DNA of 64,000 nucleotides. It comes from Flavobacteriaceae bacterium (GTDB lineage Bacteria; Bacteroidota; Bacteroidia; Flavobacteriales; Flavobacteriaceae). Below, piece after piece: positions 52,516 to 63,569 of the stretch (the stretch's first letter is position 1; each line of letters begins with the position of its first letter). The translations under genes and the position numbers were made by a program. Below the pieces are notes generated by a model. It worked only from the letters and a program-made list of their open reading frames with translations, was not told the origin of the DNA and made no database searches. The DNA lies in assembly GCA_030835825.1 (NCBI GenBank), contig JAURRA010000003.1:7038-71037 (forward strand), read 5' to 3'.

Positions 52516-53202
52516 ATGAGAATTGATATCATTTCAGTGGTTCCCGAGTTATTGCATAGTCCTTTCGAAGCTTCTATTCTAAAACGAGCCATTGATGCCA
52601 AGATGGTAGAAGTACACATTCATAATATCAGGGATTTTGCATCGGACAAATACAATGCTGTCGACGACTATCAATACGGTGGTGGCGCAGGTATGGTGAT
52701 GATGATCGAACCTATTGACAAGTGCATAGCAAAATTGAAGTCGGAGCGCCATTATGATGAAGTCATTTACATGTCACCAGACGGCGATTCTTTTGACCAG
52801 CGTGTCGCCAACCAATTGTCAATGTGTCAAAACATCATCATTTTATGCGGGCATTACAAAGGTGTAGACCAAAGGGTGCGCGATCACCTAATCACCCGAG
52901 AAATATCTATCGGAGATTATGTGTTATCGGGAGGAGAATTGGCAGCTGCTGTGGTGTGCGATGCCCTTATTCGTCTTATACCAGGTGTTTTGGGGAATGA
53001 AACTTCTGCCCTGACAGATTCATTTCAGGACAACCTCTTAGCACCACCCATCTATACGCGCCCGAGGTCATATAACAATTGGGATGTGCCTGAATTATTG
53101 TTTTCTGGTAATTTTCCCAAAATTGAGGCATGGCGAGAAGCAGAGGCAATAGCCCGAACAAAAGCCAAACGTCCAGATTTATGGACTGACGATACTGACT
53201 GA
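52516..53202 (+). CDS. trmD: tRNA (guanine37-N1)-methyltransferase
   Basis: 228 aa. [34 protein letters not shown], and [10 protein letters not shown]. Confidence 0.95.
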   Translation: MRIDIISVVPELLHSPFEASILKRAIDAKMVEVHIHNIRDFASDKYNAVDDYQYGGGAGMVMMIEPIDKCIAKLKSERHYDEVIYMSPDGDSFDQRVANQLSMCQNIIILCGHYKGVDQRVRDHLITREISIGDYVLSGGELAAAVVCDALIRLIPGVLGNETSALTDSFQDNLLAPPIYTRPRSYNNWDVPELLFSGNFPKIEAWREAEAIARTKAKRPDLWTDDTD

Positions 53203-53299
53203 AAATATTAATGTAATGGTGTTGCATAATTACAATTATTAGTTATTTTTGCAGCCTGTTGGAATGGACGATAGCGTACATTCTTTTTTAAATCACGAC

Positions 53300-53650
53300 A
53301 TGGAACAACTAGTAAAACTCGTTCAAGACGAATTCATCGAGAAAAAAGCATTCCCAGAATTTTCTGCTGGCGATACAATAACTGTATATTACGAAATTAA
53401 AGAGGGCACTAAAACCAGAACCCAGTTCTTTAAGGGCGTCGTATTGCAACGCAGAGGAACAGGAGCTTCGGAAACTTTTACCATTCGTAAAATGTCCGGA
53501 ACAGTAGGTGTTGAGCGTATTTTTCCAATCAATATGCCGGCACTCCAAAAGATCGAAGTAAATAGCCGTGGTAAAGTTCGACGATCACGTATCTTCTACT
53601 TCAGAGAATTGACAGGTAAAAAAGCTAGAATTAAAGAAAAAAGAGGTTAA
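53300..53650 (+). CDS. rplS: 50S ribosomal protein L19
   Basis: From the internal ATG (MEQLVKLVQDEF...FSAGDTITVYYEIKEGTKTRTQFFKGVVLQRRGTGASETFTIRK). Confidence 0.92.
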   Translation: MEQLVKLVQDEFIEKKAFPEFSAGDTITVYYEIKEGTKTRTQFFKGVVLQRRGTGASETFTIRKMSGTVGVERIFPINMPALQKIEVNSRGKVRRSRIFYFRELTGKKARIKEKRG

Positions 53651-53670
53651 ACTCATCCCTATATTCTAAA

Positions 53671-53696
53671 AGCCCTGTCTAGCAGGGCTTTTTTTA
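53671..53696 (+). terminator. Rho-independent terminator after rplS
   Basis: AGCCCTG (53671-53677) / CAGGGCT (53683-53689) stem followed by a T-run through 53696. Confidence 0.75.
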
Positions 53697-53830
53697 TACC
53701 CTAATTAGTGATTTTGAGCTAATTTTTGTTAATATCTACTTAGTTTAGAATACACAATGCAGCTTTGGATCTATATCAAAAAGATTGATTATTCGTATAT
53801 TCGCACAGCCTAAAACCTCCAAAATATTTT

Positions 53831-56035
53831 ATGTCTAAGATAATTTACACGCATACTGACGAAGCCCCTGCCCTCGCTACCCAATCCTTGTTACCCATTA
53901 TCAGCACCTTTGTTAAAAGTTCTGGTATAGAAATGGCTACCAAAGACATCTCTTTAGCAGGTCGGATTTTGGCTGCGTTTCCCGAAATCACACATTCTGA
54001 AGATGTCTTGACAGACTTGGGGCACGAAGTTAAAAAGCCAGATGCTAATCTGATTAAACTGCCTAATATATCAGCTTCTGTTCCACAATTGAAAGAAGCC
54101 ATTGCGGAATTGCAGTCACAGGGCTATAAACTTCCAAATTACCAGGACAGTCCGAAAAACGAAAAGGAAAAAGCAATTAAATCAAGTTATGACAAGGTCA
54201 AAGGAAGCGCAGTGAATCCAGTTCTTCGAGAAGGTAATTCTGATAGACGTGCTCCGAAAGCGGTAAAGAATTTTGCTAAAAAAAATCCCCACCAAATGGG
54301 AGCTTGGTTAAAAGACTCAAGAACTACTGTAATGACCATGTCTTCTGGAGATTTTGCTCACAATGAAAAATCTATAACCATAAATCAAGCGACAATTGTC
54401 GATATCGTTCACATAGAAAACAATGGTAAAGCGACCATTCTAAAATCGGGTTTGTCCTTACTTTCTGGTGAAATAATCGATGCTACTGTTATGGAGAAAC
54501 AGGCACTTCTCGCTTTCCTTAAAACGGCCATTAGCACAGCGAAAGACCAACATACAATGCTGTCTTTGCACATGAAGGCTACCATGATGAAAATCAGCGA
54601 TCCCATTATATTTGGTTATGCTGTAGAGGTGTTTTTCGATAGTGTGTTTAATCAATTTGAAACACCATTGAGGCTAGCCGGTGCCAATTCTCGCAATGGT
54701 CTTGACAGTGTTTTAAAGGCGGTTAACACATTGTCAACAGAAGAAAAAGATATCATCCTGTCTGCATTCAAAGAAGTTCTGGATCAAGGCCCAGAATTAG
54801 CAATGGTTAATTCTGATGAAGGTATCACTAATTTGCATGTGCCTAGCGATGTGATAATTGACGCCTCCATGCCTGCTATGATTCGGAACTCTGGAAAAAT
54901 GTGGGATAAAAAGGGAAACCCACAAGACACAATTGCGGTAATCCCTGACAGTTCCTACGCAGCAGTATATCAAACCACCATAGATTTTTGTAAGGAGCAT
55001 GGTGCTTTCGATCCGACCAGCATGGGCACTGTACCAAATGTTGGATTGATGGCGCAAAAAGCTGAAGAATATGGATCACACGATAAAACATTTGAAATAG
55101 CCAGCGATGGAGCGGTTCAAATTATTGATTCTAATGGCCAAGTGTTGATCAACCACGTCGTAAAACAGGGAGATATCTGGCGCATGTGTCAAGTGAAAGA
55201 TGCTCCAATACAAGATTGGATACAACTGGCCGTTCGTCGTACACAATTGAGTCAAACACCTGCAGTTTTCTGGTTAGATTCAAAACGGTCACACGATCGA
55301 GAGGTCATAAAAAAAGTAAAAGAGGGTTTATCAAAATTAGACACCCAAGGCTTGGACATTCAAATCATGGATGTAGCTGACGCCACAAGCCACACCTTGG
55401 ATAGGTTGAATCAAGGTCTCGACACCATTTCGGTCACTGGAAACGTATTGAGAGACTACTTAACAGATCTTTTTCCAATATTAGAACTAGGGACAAGCGC
55501 CAAAATGCTTTCCATTGTACCTCTTATGGATGGGGGTGGGTTGTTTGAAACAGGAGCTGGAGGTTCTGCTCCGAAGCACGTCCAACAATTTGTCGATGAA
55601 AATTTTTTACGCTGGGACTCACTAGGCGAATTCCTTGCTTTAGCAGCTTCTTTGGAACATTTATCTCAAAAAACAAATAACTCAAAGGCAGCGGTATTAG
55701 CGGCTAACCTCGATCGAGCTACTGAAAAATTGCTAAACGAAGGAAAATCTCCTTCGCGAAAAGTTGGACACCTAGACAGCCGGGGCAGTCATTTTTATTT
55801 AGCCCTTTACTGGTCAGAGGCCTTAGCCGAACAAAACGAAGATAGCTCGTTGAAGAAGGAATTTTCTCAATTATACCAGCAATTATTATCCTCAGAACAA
55901 ACTATTGTAAGCGAACTGCTGAGCGTGCAAGGTCAGCCTGTTGATATGGGAGGATATTACCATCCCGATTTAGATCTTATTTCTAAATTAATGCGTCCTA
56001 GTGGTACATTTAATGATATACTGAATCAGGCCTGA
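53831..56035 (+). CDS. icd: Monomeric NADP-dependent isocitrate dehydrogenase
   Basis: 734 aa. [24 protein letters not shown] is the characteristic N-terminus of the monomeric (about 740 aa) IDH class. Confidence 0.92.
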   Translation: MSKIIYTHTDEAPALATQSLLPIISTFVKSSGIEMATKDISLAGRILAAFPEITHSEDVLTDLGHEVKKPDANLIKLPNISASVPQLKEAIAELQSQGYKLPNYQDSPKNEKEKAIKSSYDKVKGSAVNPVLREGNSDRRAPKAVKNFAKKNPHQMGAWLKDSRTTVMTMSSGDFAHNEKSITINQATIVDIVHIENNGKATILKSGLSLLSGEIIDATVMEKQALLAFLKTAISTAKDQHTMLSLHMKATMMKISDPIIFGYAVEVFFDSVFNQFETPLRLAGANSRNGLDSVLKAVNTLSTEEKDIILSAFKEVLDQGPELAMVNSDEGITNLHVPSDVIIDASMPAMIRNSGKMWDKKGNPQDTIAVIPDSSYAAVYQTTIDFCKEHGAFDPTSMGTVPNVGLMAQKAEEYGSHDKTFEIASDGAVQIIDSNGQVLINHVVKQGDIWRMCQVKDAPIQDWIQLAVRRTQLSQTPAVFWLDSKRSHDREVIKKVKEGLSKLDTQGLDIQIMDVADATSHTLDRLNQGLDTISVTGNVLRDYLTDLFPILELGTSAKMLSIVPLMDGGGLFETGAGGSAPKHVQQFVDENFLRWDSLGEFLALAASLEHLSQKTNNSKAAVLAANLDRATEKLLNEGKSPSRKVGHLDSRGSHFYLALYWSEALAEQNEDSSLKKEFSQLYQQLLSSEQTIVSELLSVQGQPVDMGGYYHPDLDLISKLMRPSGTFNDILNQA

Positions 56036-56039
56036 TCTT

Positions 56040-58424
56040 ATGAAGATAGTTTCATTGACAAGAGTTGGGGTTCTCATTATATTAATCGGGATGAGCACAG
56101 ACGCTATGTCTCAAATAAAACACACCATAAGTGGTACCGTGACAGATGTCAAGTCTAACGAGACCTTGATTGGTGTAGATGTTTATTTGCCCGAATTACA
56201 AAAAGGCACTATTACAAATTCATATGGTTTCTTTTCCATTACCATAGAGGAAGGCGTTTATGACCTGACAGTTCAATTTTTAGGTTATACCTCACAAAGC
56301 ATACCCGTGCAACTGGATAAAAACATCTCTTTAACCATCCAGCTTGAGGAAGATACCGAACAATTGGAGGCGGTTGTCATTACAGCCGACAAAGAAACCA
56401 ATAGCATTCGCAGCCCTCAAATGAGCGTTAACTCGTTAAGCTCAAGTACTATTAAGCAAATTCCCGCCGTACTGGGAGAACCAGACTTGGTTAAAGCCAT
56501 TACCTTTCTGCCTGGGGTAACCAATGCCGGAGAAGGCTCTTCGGGATTTAATGTCCGTGGTGGATCCGTCGATCAAAACCTTATCCTTCTCGATGAGGCG
56601 ATATTATATAATTCATCGCATCTTTTTGGTCTATTTTCAGTATTCAATCCCGATGCTATCAAAGATTTAAAACTATTCAAAGGAGGCATTCCTGCCAGAT
56701 ACGGAGGGCGGCTATCCTCTGTCTTAGATATCTATCAAAAAGACGGAAATAGCAAATCGCATCAATTTAATGGTGGTATTGGATTGGTGTCCAGTAAATT
56801 ATTGGCTGAAGGCCCGCTTAAAGAAAACCTAGGCTCCTATTTGTTCGCCGGTCGAGGCACCTACGCCCATTTGTTTTTACCACTAGCGGACAATAAAAAT
56901 GTCGCATACTTCTACGACTTAAATACTAAACTAAGTTACCAACTCGGTGAAAAAGACAATCTATTAGCCTCAGGTTATTTTGGACGAGACGTGTTGTCTT
57001 TAGAGGACAGTTTTAGAAATGTCTATGGGAACGCTGTTTTCAATTTAAGATGGAATCATTTGTTTTCTGAAAAATTGTTCTCCAACTTATCTTTGATTTA
57101 TTCAGATTATTATTACGGGCTCAGATTGAATTTAATTGAATTCGATTGGAAATCTGGTATTCAGAATTTCAATCTGAAATACGATTTCAAGCACTATATT
57201 TCCAATGATTTGACACTTCAATTTGGGTTAAATAGTATTTATCACAGTTTTAACCCAGGTATAATAGAACCCTCTACGCCTGACTCTTCGATCAATTACG
57301 AGGAATTAACAAAAAAATTCGCCTTTGAAAATGCTCTGTATTTGGAAGCTTCGAAAAATATAACGGAAAAGCTATCCATAAACGCAGGACTAAGATGGAG
57401 TCACTTCACGCGATTGGGCCAAACCGAATTGAATGTGTATGCCAATGGTCAGGCTGTATTATTTAATGACGTTTTTCAGATTTATCAGAAAGCTACACCC
57501 ATCGGTATTCAACATTACAAAAAATCGGATGTTTTGGCTCGCTTCAATAATTTTGAACCTCGATTGTCGGCCTCTTATTTGATCAATGATTTATCCTCAG
57601 TCAAACTAAGCTACAATCGAATGAGTCAATATTTACATTTGTTGTCCAATACGAGTTCTCCGACCCCTCTCGATGTCTGGACACCAAGTGGTCCATTCAT
57701 AAAACCACAATTATTAGACCAGTACGCCATTGGTTATTCACGACAGACTGTCGATGCCTTGTACAGTTTTGAGGTAGAAGGGTATTATAAATCCATAAAG
57801 AATCGTATCGATTATATTGATGGAGCCAATTTGGTAGCCAACAATGCTATTGAACAAGAGATTTTAAACGGCCGAGCCCGGGCCTATGGTTTTGAGGTAT
57901 TGGTGAAAAAAAATCAAGGCAGATGGAACGGTTGGCTTGCCTACACCTATTCAAAGTCTGAACAACAAACTCCAGGCAGAAATAACTTGGAGACGGGCAT
58001 AAACGACGGCAAATGGTATCGGACAGCCTATGACAAAACACACGATTTCTCGGCTATTGGACAGTTCAAGTACAATAAAAAATGGACTTTCAATACTAAT
58101 TTTGTCGTTCAAACTGGTCAGCCAGTGAATTATCCCAATGCACAATATGAATATAACGGATTGACGATCGCCAACTATGGTGAAAGAAATAGCTTTAGAC
58201 TACCGACCTACCATCGCCTAGATCTTTCGGCTATTCTCACCCCAAAGAAAAACATCAACAGGGAGTGGCAAGGCGAATGGATTTTTGGCATATATAATGT
58301 CTATGGCAGAAAAAACGCTGTATCTATTGCCTTTAGAGACAATTACGAAACTGGAGATAACGAGGCAGTAAAAACCTCGCTTTTTGGAATAGTTCCCTCT
58401 GTATCCTATAATTTTAAATTTTGA
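56040..58424 (+). CDS. TonB-dependent receptor with N-terminal carboxypeptidase-regulatory-like domain
   Basis: 794 aa. Signal peptide, then ISGTVTDVKSNETLIGVDVYL...GYFSITIEEGVYDL (CarboxypepD_reg). Plug region (GFNVRGGSVDQNLILLDEA). Terminal beta-barrel ending NFKF. Confidence 0.88.
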   Translation: MKIVSLTRVGVLIILIGMSTDAMSQIKHTISGTVTDVKSNETLIGVDVYLPELQKGTITNSYGFFSITIEEGVYDLTVQFLGYTSQSIPVQLDKNISLTIQLEEDTEQLEAVVITADKETNSIRSPQMSVNSLSSSTIKQIPAVLGEPDLVKAITFLPGVTNAGEGSSGFNVRGGSVDQNLILLDEAILYNSSHLFGLFSVFNPDAIKDLKLFKGGIPARYGGRLSSVLDIYQKDGNSKSHQFNGGIGLVSSKLLAEGPLKENLGSYLFAGRGTYAHLFLPLADNKNVAYFYDLNTKLSYQLGEKDNLLASGYFGRDVLSLEDSFRNVYGNAVFNLRWNHLFSEKLFSNLSLIYSDYYYGLRLNLIEFDWKSGIQNFNLKYDFKHYISNDLTLQFGLNSIYHSFNPGIIEPSTPDSSINYEELTKKFAFENALYLEASKNITEKLSINAGLRWSHFTRLGQTELNVYANGQAVLFNDVFQIYQKATPIGIQHYKKSDVLARFNNFEPRLSASYLINDLSSVKLSYNRMSQYLHLLSNTSSPTPLDVWTPSGPFIKPQLLDQYAIGYSRQTVDALYSFEVEGYYKSIKNRIDYIDGANLVANNAIEQEILNGRARAYGFEVLVKKNQGRWNGWLAYTYSKSEQQTPGRNNLETGINDGKWYRTAYDKTHDFSAIGQFKYNKKWTFNTNFVVQTGQPVNYPNAQYEYNGLTIANYGERNSFRLPTYHRLDLSAILTPKKNINREWQGEWIFGIYNVYGRKNAVSIAFRDNYETGDNEAVKTSLFGIVPSVSYNFKF

Positions 58425-59242
58425 CCGTGCTAAAATATTTTTTCCTACTGTGTGGCTGTGTTTTGATATCTTCATGTGAAGAAGTCATAGATTTGGACGT
58501 ACCTAGCTCAGAACCGCGCTTGGTTATTGAAGCTTCTTTAAATTGGTTTGAGGGCACCTCAGGAAACAGCCAAGAAATCTTGCTTAGTCTCACCGCCCCT
58601 TATTTTGATGCTGCAATAACCCCAGCCACAGGTGCAGAAGTTAAGGTGTTTTATTCGAGTGGAGATGTTGTTCTTTTTGAAGAAATAGCAGATACTGGCA
58701 GATACCACACTGATCAATTTATACCTGAGATTGGAGCAAATTATATTTTGCAAATTCAATACTTGGGAGAGATTTATGAGGCTTCAGAGGTAATGCAAAG
58801 TGTTTCGCCTATCGATTTTGTCATGCACGAACAAACTGGCGGCTTTTCGGGTGATGAAATTGAAATCAAGGCATTCTACACTGACCCTGTTGGATTGGGC
58901 AACGCCTATCTTTTTGAATTCGTAGAATATAATCCCGATGACTTGACTATTGGGGTATATGAAGACCAATTTATTGATGGTAATCAAACGTTTGCTTATT
59001 TTGCGGACATAAACATAGCTCTCGGAAATCAAATTACCATCAATAATTATGGTCTCTCCAAGCAGGCATATGACTATCTGTTCTTGTTGAGTCTGCAAAG
59101 TTCAAATCCTGGTGGTGGTCCTTTTTCTACTCAGCCAGCTACCGTTAGGGGTAACTGCATCAACACCACTAACCCTGACAATTATCCATTTGGTTATTTT
59201 AGATTATCTCAAGCGCATAGCGTAGCATACACCATTGAATAG
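58421..59242 (+). CDS. DUF4249-family lipoprotein (usual partner of this receptor class)
   Basis: 273 aa. Lipobox LISSC. The start overlaps the receptor stop (4 nt). Family assigned from architecture and synteny recall. Confidence 0.6.
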   Translation: MTVLKYFFLLCGCVLISSCEEVIDLDVPSSEPRLVIEASLNWFEGTSGNSQEILLSLTAPYFDAAITPATGAEVKVFYSSGDVVLFEEIADTGRYHTDQFIPEIGANYILQIQYLGEIYEASEVMQSVSPIDFVMHEQTGGFSGDEIEIKAFYTDPVGLGNAYLFEFVEYNPDDLTIGVYEDQFIDGNQTFAYFADINIALGNQITINNYGLSKQAYDYLFLLSLQSSNPGGGPFSTQPATVRGNCINTTNPDNYPFGYFRLSQAHSVAYTIE

Positions 59243-59261
59243 AAAGTCGTATTTATTTCCT

Positions 59262-59269
59262 TAATTTTG
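59262..59269 (+). promoter_or_regulatory. Candidate -7 box (TAATTTTG) for murQ
   Basis: TAnnTTTG match 24 nt upstream of the ATG at 59293. Confidence 0.4.
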
Positions 59270-59292
59270 GATAAACACTTGATCAAACGAAC

Positions 59293-60132
59293 ATGTCCGA
59301 GAAAAAGGATTTTATAAAAACCACTGAGATGTCCTCCACCTACGATCAATTGGAGTCAAAATCCATTAGTGAATTGTTACGGACTATCAACCAAGAAGAT
59401 CGAACGGTCGCCCAATGTGTTGCGGGTGTATTATCAGAGATCGAGCAATTGACAAGAGCTGTTGTTGACGCATTGAAACACGGTGGGCGTTTGTTCTACA
59501 TTGGAGCAGGAACAAGTGGCCGATTGGGTATTGTAGACGCCTCAGAATGCCCTCCAACATTTGGCGTACCTCACGATTTGGTGATCGGCATCATTGCCGG
59601 GGGAGACAGCGCTATTCGGAAAGCCGCAGAATTCGCAGAAGATGACATGAAACAAGGCTGGAAAGATTTGATGCAATTTAATATCAACTCTAAGGATTTA
59701 GTTGTCGGTATCGCTGCTTCAGGAACCACGCCTTATGTGCTAGGCGCCTTGGAACAATGCCGAAAAGAAGGTATTGCTACTGGATGTGTAACTTGTAACC
59801 AAGGTAGCCCATTAGCGCAAATTGTTGAGTATGCGATCGAAGTTGTTGTAGGGCCAGAAGTAGTCACAGGTAGCTCTCGCATGAAAGCCGGAACAGCGCA
59901 GAAGCTTGTTCTAAACATGATTACAACAGCAGCCATGATTCAATTGGGACGCATCCAAGGTAACAAGATGGTGGATATGCAAATGAGTAATCAAAAACTC
60001 GTTGAAAGAGGTGTAAAAATGATCCAGTATGCGACTGGAGCAAGTGCAGAAAAGGCAATGGAGTACTTAAAAAATCTAGGCAGTGTGCGCACTGCCATTT
60101 TAAAAATTTCAGAAGATGAGCAACAGAACTGA
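59293..60132 (+). CDS. murQ: N-acetylmuramic acid 6-phosphate etherase
   Basis: 279 aa. SIS domain GAGTSGRLGIVDASECPPTFG, AASGTTPYV, and TGSSRMKAGTAQK. Confidence 0.92.
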   Translation: MSEKKDFIKTTEMSSTYDQLESKSISELLRTINQEDRTVAQCVAGVLSEIEQLTRAVVDALKHGGRLFYIGAGTSGRLGIVDASECPPTFGVPHDLVIGIIAGGDSAIRKAAEFAEDDMKQGWKDLMQFNINSKDLVVGIAASGTTPYVLGALEQCRKEGIATGCVTCNQGSPLAQIVEYAIEVVVGPEVVTGSSRMKAGTAQKLVLNMITTAAMIQLGRIQGNKMVDMQMSNQKLVERGVKMIQYATGASAEKAMEYLKNLGSVRTAILKISEDEQQN

Positions 60133-60346
60133 CAAAACACTACTGTATAAAGGACTTAATACTATGGCTATTTGTTTGCTGTGTTGCTTTACAGGTCCTA
60201 GTCTACTTTATGTCGCTTTCGGCAATCCCACTAAACCACTATATTATCCTATGATAATTGTGGGTTGTATCGTTTGTTTAGCGGCTATTATTATTGGCTT
60301 TAAGGGAATCAAGCAAATTGGAGATAGTATGTTCAAACGAAATTAA
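60116..60346 (+). CDS. Small two-TM membrane protein, unknown function
   Basis: 76 aa with two hydrophobic segments. Overlaps the murQ 3' end by 17 nt. Confidence 0.45.
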   Translation: MSNRTDKTLLYKGLNTMAICLLCCFTGPSLLYVAFGNPTKPLYYPMIIVGCIVCLAAIIIGFKGIKQIGDSMFKRN

Positions 60347-60379
60347 TCCTAAATCTATTTATGCTAAACCTCACAGGCC

Positions 60380-61099
60380 ATGACTAAAACTATATCTAAA
60401 TATCTGCCAATAGTTTGTGTTGCACTTTTTTCAATATCCTGCGGTGAACTGCAACAAGTCATTAACCAATTGCCACAAAGCACTGCCCTTGGTAATTCTG
60501 AAATTGCAGCAGGTTTGAGGGAAGCACTGCATCAAGGTATTGACAAGCAAGTTTCAAAACTTGCTGATTCCAACGGTTTTTATAAAAACAGCTTGGTGAA
60601 AATCCTTCTTCCTGAAGAGTTACAAAAAGTAGATGGCACACTGAGGGATATTGGCTTGGGCAGTCTTGCCGATCAAGGATTGAAACTATTGAACTCGGCC
60701 GCAGAAAATGCCGTTAAAGAAGCCACCCCTATTTTTATTGACGCCATAAATACCCTGTCTATTAGCGATGCCAAGTCCATACTATTGGGTCCCCAAGACG
60801 CAGCTACTTCCTACCTGAAAAAGAAGACATCGACTAGTTTATACGAAAAATTTGAGCCTATTATTAAAATCTCTTTTGACGAAGTTGGTGCCAACAAAAT
60901 TTGGAGCAATATCATTAATCGTTACAACGCTATTCCCTTGACAAAAACGGTCAACCCCAATTTGACAGACTATGTAACGACAAAGGCACTAGAAGGTGTT
61001 TTTACGATGATAGCCATTGAAGAGTCTGAAATCCGATCAAAATATAGTGCCAGAACAACAGGCCTGTTGAAACGCGTCTTTGCTTTACAAGACCAGTAG
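60380..61099 (+). CDS. DUF4197-like lipoprotein
   Basis: 239 aa. Lipobox FSISCG. AAGLREALHQGI is the pattern I associate with DUF4197. Confidence 0.55.
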   Translation: MTKTISKYLPIVCVALFSISCGELQQVINQLPQSTALGNSEIAAGLREALHQGIDKQVSKLADSNGFYKNSLVKILLPEELQKVDGTLRDIGLGSLADQGLKLLNSAAENAVKEATPIFIDAINTLSISDAKSILLGPQDAATSYLKKKTSTSLYEKFEPIIKISFDEVGANKIWSNIINRYNAIPLTKTVNPNLTDYVTTKALEGVFTMIAIEESEIRSKYSARTTGLLKRVFALQDQ

Positions 61100-61130
61100 T
61101 TAAGGTAACCGAGGGACAGGTTGGAGACTT

Positions 61131-61805
61131 TTAAGTTAACAACTTGTCCACAAAATAACACAACATTTCTTCCATCTCGTTATATTCATTGGTCTTAATA
61201 GAAATGTCCGTTAGTTTCGGCAAATGCTGAGCAAAAAACAGATGGTTATTAGCCATTTCAAACAAACTAGTGGCCAAAGCATAAGGATACTTAAAATTGG
61301 GGTTCACATCAGTGATTACTTGAGATACAGTTAGAGCTAGGTTTTTATAACTTCCAAAAAAACCTTTCGAGTTTTCGTTATCCACCTCTTTAGTATGGTA
61401 AACCTTCATACCATCGGAAATTACAATTTTTTGCAATTTACTCTCGTTCACATAACCCACCATGGGGTTTTCTCTGGAAGCAGAAACAAAAGAATGAATA
61501 ATGATTTTTAGTTTTTCTTTTGGATCGTCAATATTCATCGAATTGATTTGAATGAGGTATTGAACCCATTCCCAGTACCAGTTTACCAAATAGAGTAGCA
61601 GTAAGTGTTTATTGACAAAATATCTGTAGATTGATGCTTCGGTTGAGTTAATCTTTATCGATAACTTTTTAAAGGTAAAAGATTCAATTCCAAGTTCATC
61701 AATGAGCTCTATACTATACTGGATAATATTTCTGCCCAACTCAGAATCCTGAGGATCTCTCAAATAAAGTCCTTCATTAAGCTTTATTTTTATAGCTACA
61801 CTCAT
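61131..61805 (-). CDS. TetR/AcrR family transcriptional regulator
   Basis: 224 aa. N-terminal HTH region IIQYSIELIDELGIESFTFKKLSIKINSTEASIYRYFVNKHLLL. Confidence 0.82.
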   Translation of the reverse strand: MSVAIKIKLNEGLYLRDPQDSELGRNIIQYSIELIDELGIESFTFKKLSIKINSTEASIYRYFVNKHLLLLYLVNWYWEWVQYLIQINSMNIDDPKEKLKIIIHSFVSASRENPMVGYVNESKLQKIVISDGMKVYHTKEVDNENSKGFFGSYKNLALTVSQVITDVNPNFKYPYALATSLFEMANNHLFFAQHLPKLTDISIKTNEYNEMEEMLCYFVDKLLT

Positions 61806-61919
61806 AATTTAATTTTTGAAATCTCATAAACACATGACTGATTTCAATCTTAGCGCACAAAGATATAAAAGTTATATTATTTTTTATAATAGTATTACTA
61901 TCTTTATTAAAAGTTTTAA

Positions 61920-61927
61920 TATATTTG
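61920..61927 (+). promoter_or_regulatory. Candidate -7 box (TATATTTG) for the SulP/carbonic anhydrase unit
   Basis: TAnnTTTG match 27 nt upstream of the ATG at 61955. Confidence 0.4.
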
Positions 61928-61954
61928 TTGCTGAAAAAAAGAATTAATCATTTC

Positions 61955-63541
61955 ATGAACAAAGTGTTTACCCATTTCAAAACCGACATACCCGCGAGTA
62001 TAGTCGTATTTTTTGTAGCCCTACCACTTTGCCTAGGAATTGCACTAGCTAGCGGTGCCCCACTGTTCTCTGGCTTAATTGCAGGCATAGTTGGAGGCAT
62101 TGTTGTTGGCAGCCTAAGTGGCTCCAAAATCGGTGTAAGTGGTCCTGCGGCGGGACTTGCCGCCATAGTTTTATCGGCCATCGTGACCTTAGGAAATTAT
62201 GAGAATTTCTTAATGGCTGTGGTGATTGGTGGATTCATTCAAATTCTTTTAGGTTTATTGAAAGCAGGGATTATAGGCTATTATTTCCCATCTTCTGTGA
62301 TCAAAGGCATGCTCACTGGAATAGGTGTTATTATCATTTTGAAGCAAATTCCATATTTTTTTGGTTATACAGCCAATCCTCAAGGGGATTTTGCTTTTGT
62401 GCAAACAGATGGAGAAAACACCTTTTCTGAACTGTTGAATATGCTCAATTACATCCAACCGGGACCAGCCCTAGTTGGATTCTTAGGACTGGCCATTTTA
62501 ATATTTTGGGATCGCATATTGTCCGAAAAAGGTAAGATATTTCAAATTTTACAAGGACCATTGGTCGCTGTAGTCGTGGGTGTCATCTTCCATGCAGTAA
62601 CAAAATCAAATGTCTTTTGGGCCATACCGTCAGCACATTTAGTCAATGTCCCGGTGCCCGGAAATCTAACATCATTTTTAGGACAATTTAGTTTTCCAAA
62701 TTTTAGTGTGATTACAAATCCTGATGTCTGGATTATAGCTTTTACTATAGCTTTAGTGGCGAGTTTAGAAACTTTATTGTGTGTTGAAGCTACGGATAAA
62801 TTAGATCCATATAAAAATGTGACTCCTACCAACAGAGAATTATTTGCCCAAGGAACAGGAAATATTGTATCCGGGCTGATAGGCGGATTGCCCATAACTC
62901 AAGTTATTGTAAGAAGCTCTGCCAATATACAATCTGGGGGAAGAAGCAAAATATCTGCAATAATTCACGGGTTTTTGTTATTGATTTCGATCATAGTAAT
63001 TCCCAAACTACTCAACATGATTCCCCTATCGGTTTTAGCCGCCATTTTGTTGGTGGTCGGGTACAAGTTGGCTAAACCGGAATTATTCAAAAAAATGTAC
63101 GATCTTGGCTGGAAGCAGTCAATACCATTTACAGTGACGGTTTTTGGTATTGTATTCATTGATTTGCTCTATGGCATTGGCCTGGGGCTGAGCGTAGGCA
63201 TTGTGGTCATTCTCATTAAGAGCTATCAAAATTCTCACTTCTTACACAAAGAGGGTGAGGAAACGGACGATAATAAACTTAAAATGACCCTAGCAGAAGA
63301 GGTTACCTTCTTTAATAAGGGTGCCATATTAAAAGAACTGGATGGATTGCCCGCAAATACTCACCTTATCTTGGATGTAAGAAAAACCCGATATTTGGAT
63401 AATGACATCATAGAAATTCTTGAAGATTTTGTAATCAAAGCTAAAGAAAGAAATATCAATATTAAACTGATCTCAGAACGTGGAGAGATTGACAATCCAA
63501 CCAGTTATATCGAATTTTTTAAACTTAGACCAACTGTATAA
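61955..63541 (+). CDS. SulP family inorganic anion transporter with C-terminal STAS domain
   Basis: From the ATG at 61955 (MNKVFTHFKTDIPASIVVFFVALPLCLGIALASGAP). The STAS-like C-terminus includes LILDVRKTRYLDNDIIEILEDF. Confidence 0.9.
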   Translation: MNKVFTHFKTDIPASIVVFFVALPLCLGIALASGAPLFSGLIAGIVGGIVVGSLSGSKIGVSGPAAGLAAIVLSAIVTLGNYENFLMAVVIGGFIQILLGLLKAGIIGYYFPSSVIKGMLTGIGVIIILKQIPYFFGYTANPQGDFAFVQTDGENTFSELLNMLNYIQPGPALVGFLGLAILIFWDRILSEKGKIFQILQGPLVAVVVGVIFHAVTKSNVFWAIPSAHLVNVPVPGNLTSFLGQFSFPNFSVITNPDVWIIAFTIALVASLETLLCVEATDKLDPYKNVTPTNRELFAQGTGNIVSGLIGGLPITQVIVRSSANIQSGGRSKISAIIHGFLLLISIIVIPKLLNMIPLSVLAAILLVVGYKLAKPELFKKMYDLGWKQSIPFTVTVFGIVFIDLLYGIGLGLSVGIVVILIKSYQNSHFLHKEGEETDDNKLKMTLAEEVTFFNKGAILKELDGLPANTHLILDVRKTRYLDNDIIEILEDFVIKAKERNINIKLISERGEIDNPTSYIEFFKLRPTV

Positions 63542-63569
63542 ATCATTATAAACCTTAAATAACACAAAC

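Noticed and set aside
53203-53299. Possible structured leader or ncRNA between trmD and rplS (TGTAAT...ATTACA hairpin)
   Set aside because: It has only a 6-bp AT-rich stem with an 11-nt loop and no resemblance I can recognise to known L19 leaders. It is too weak to report.
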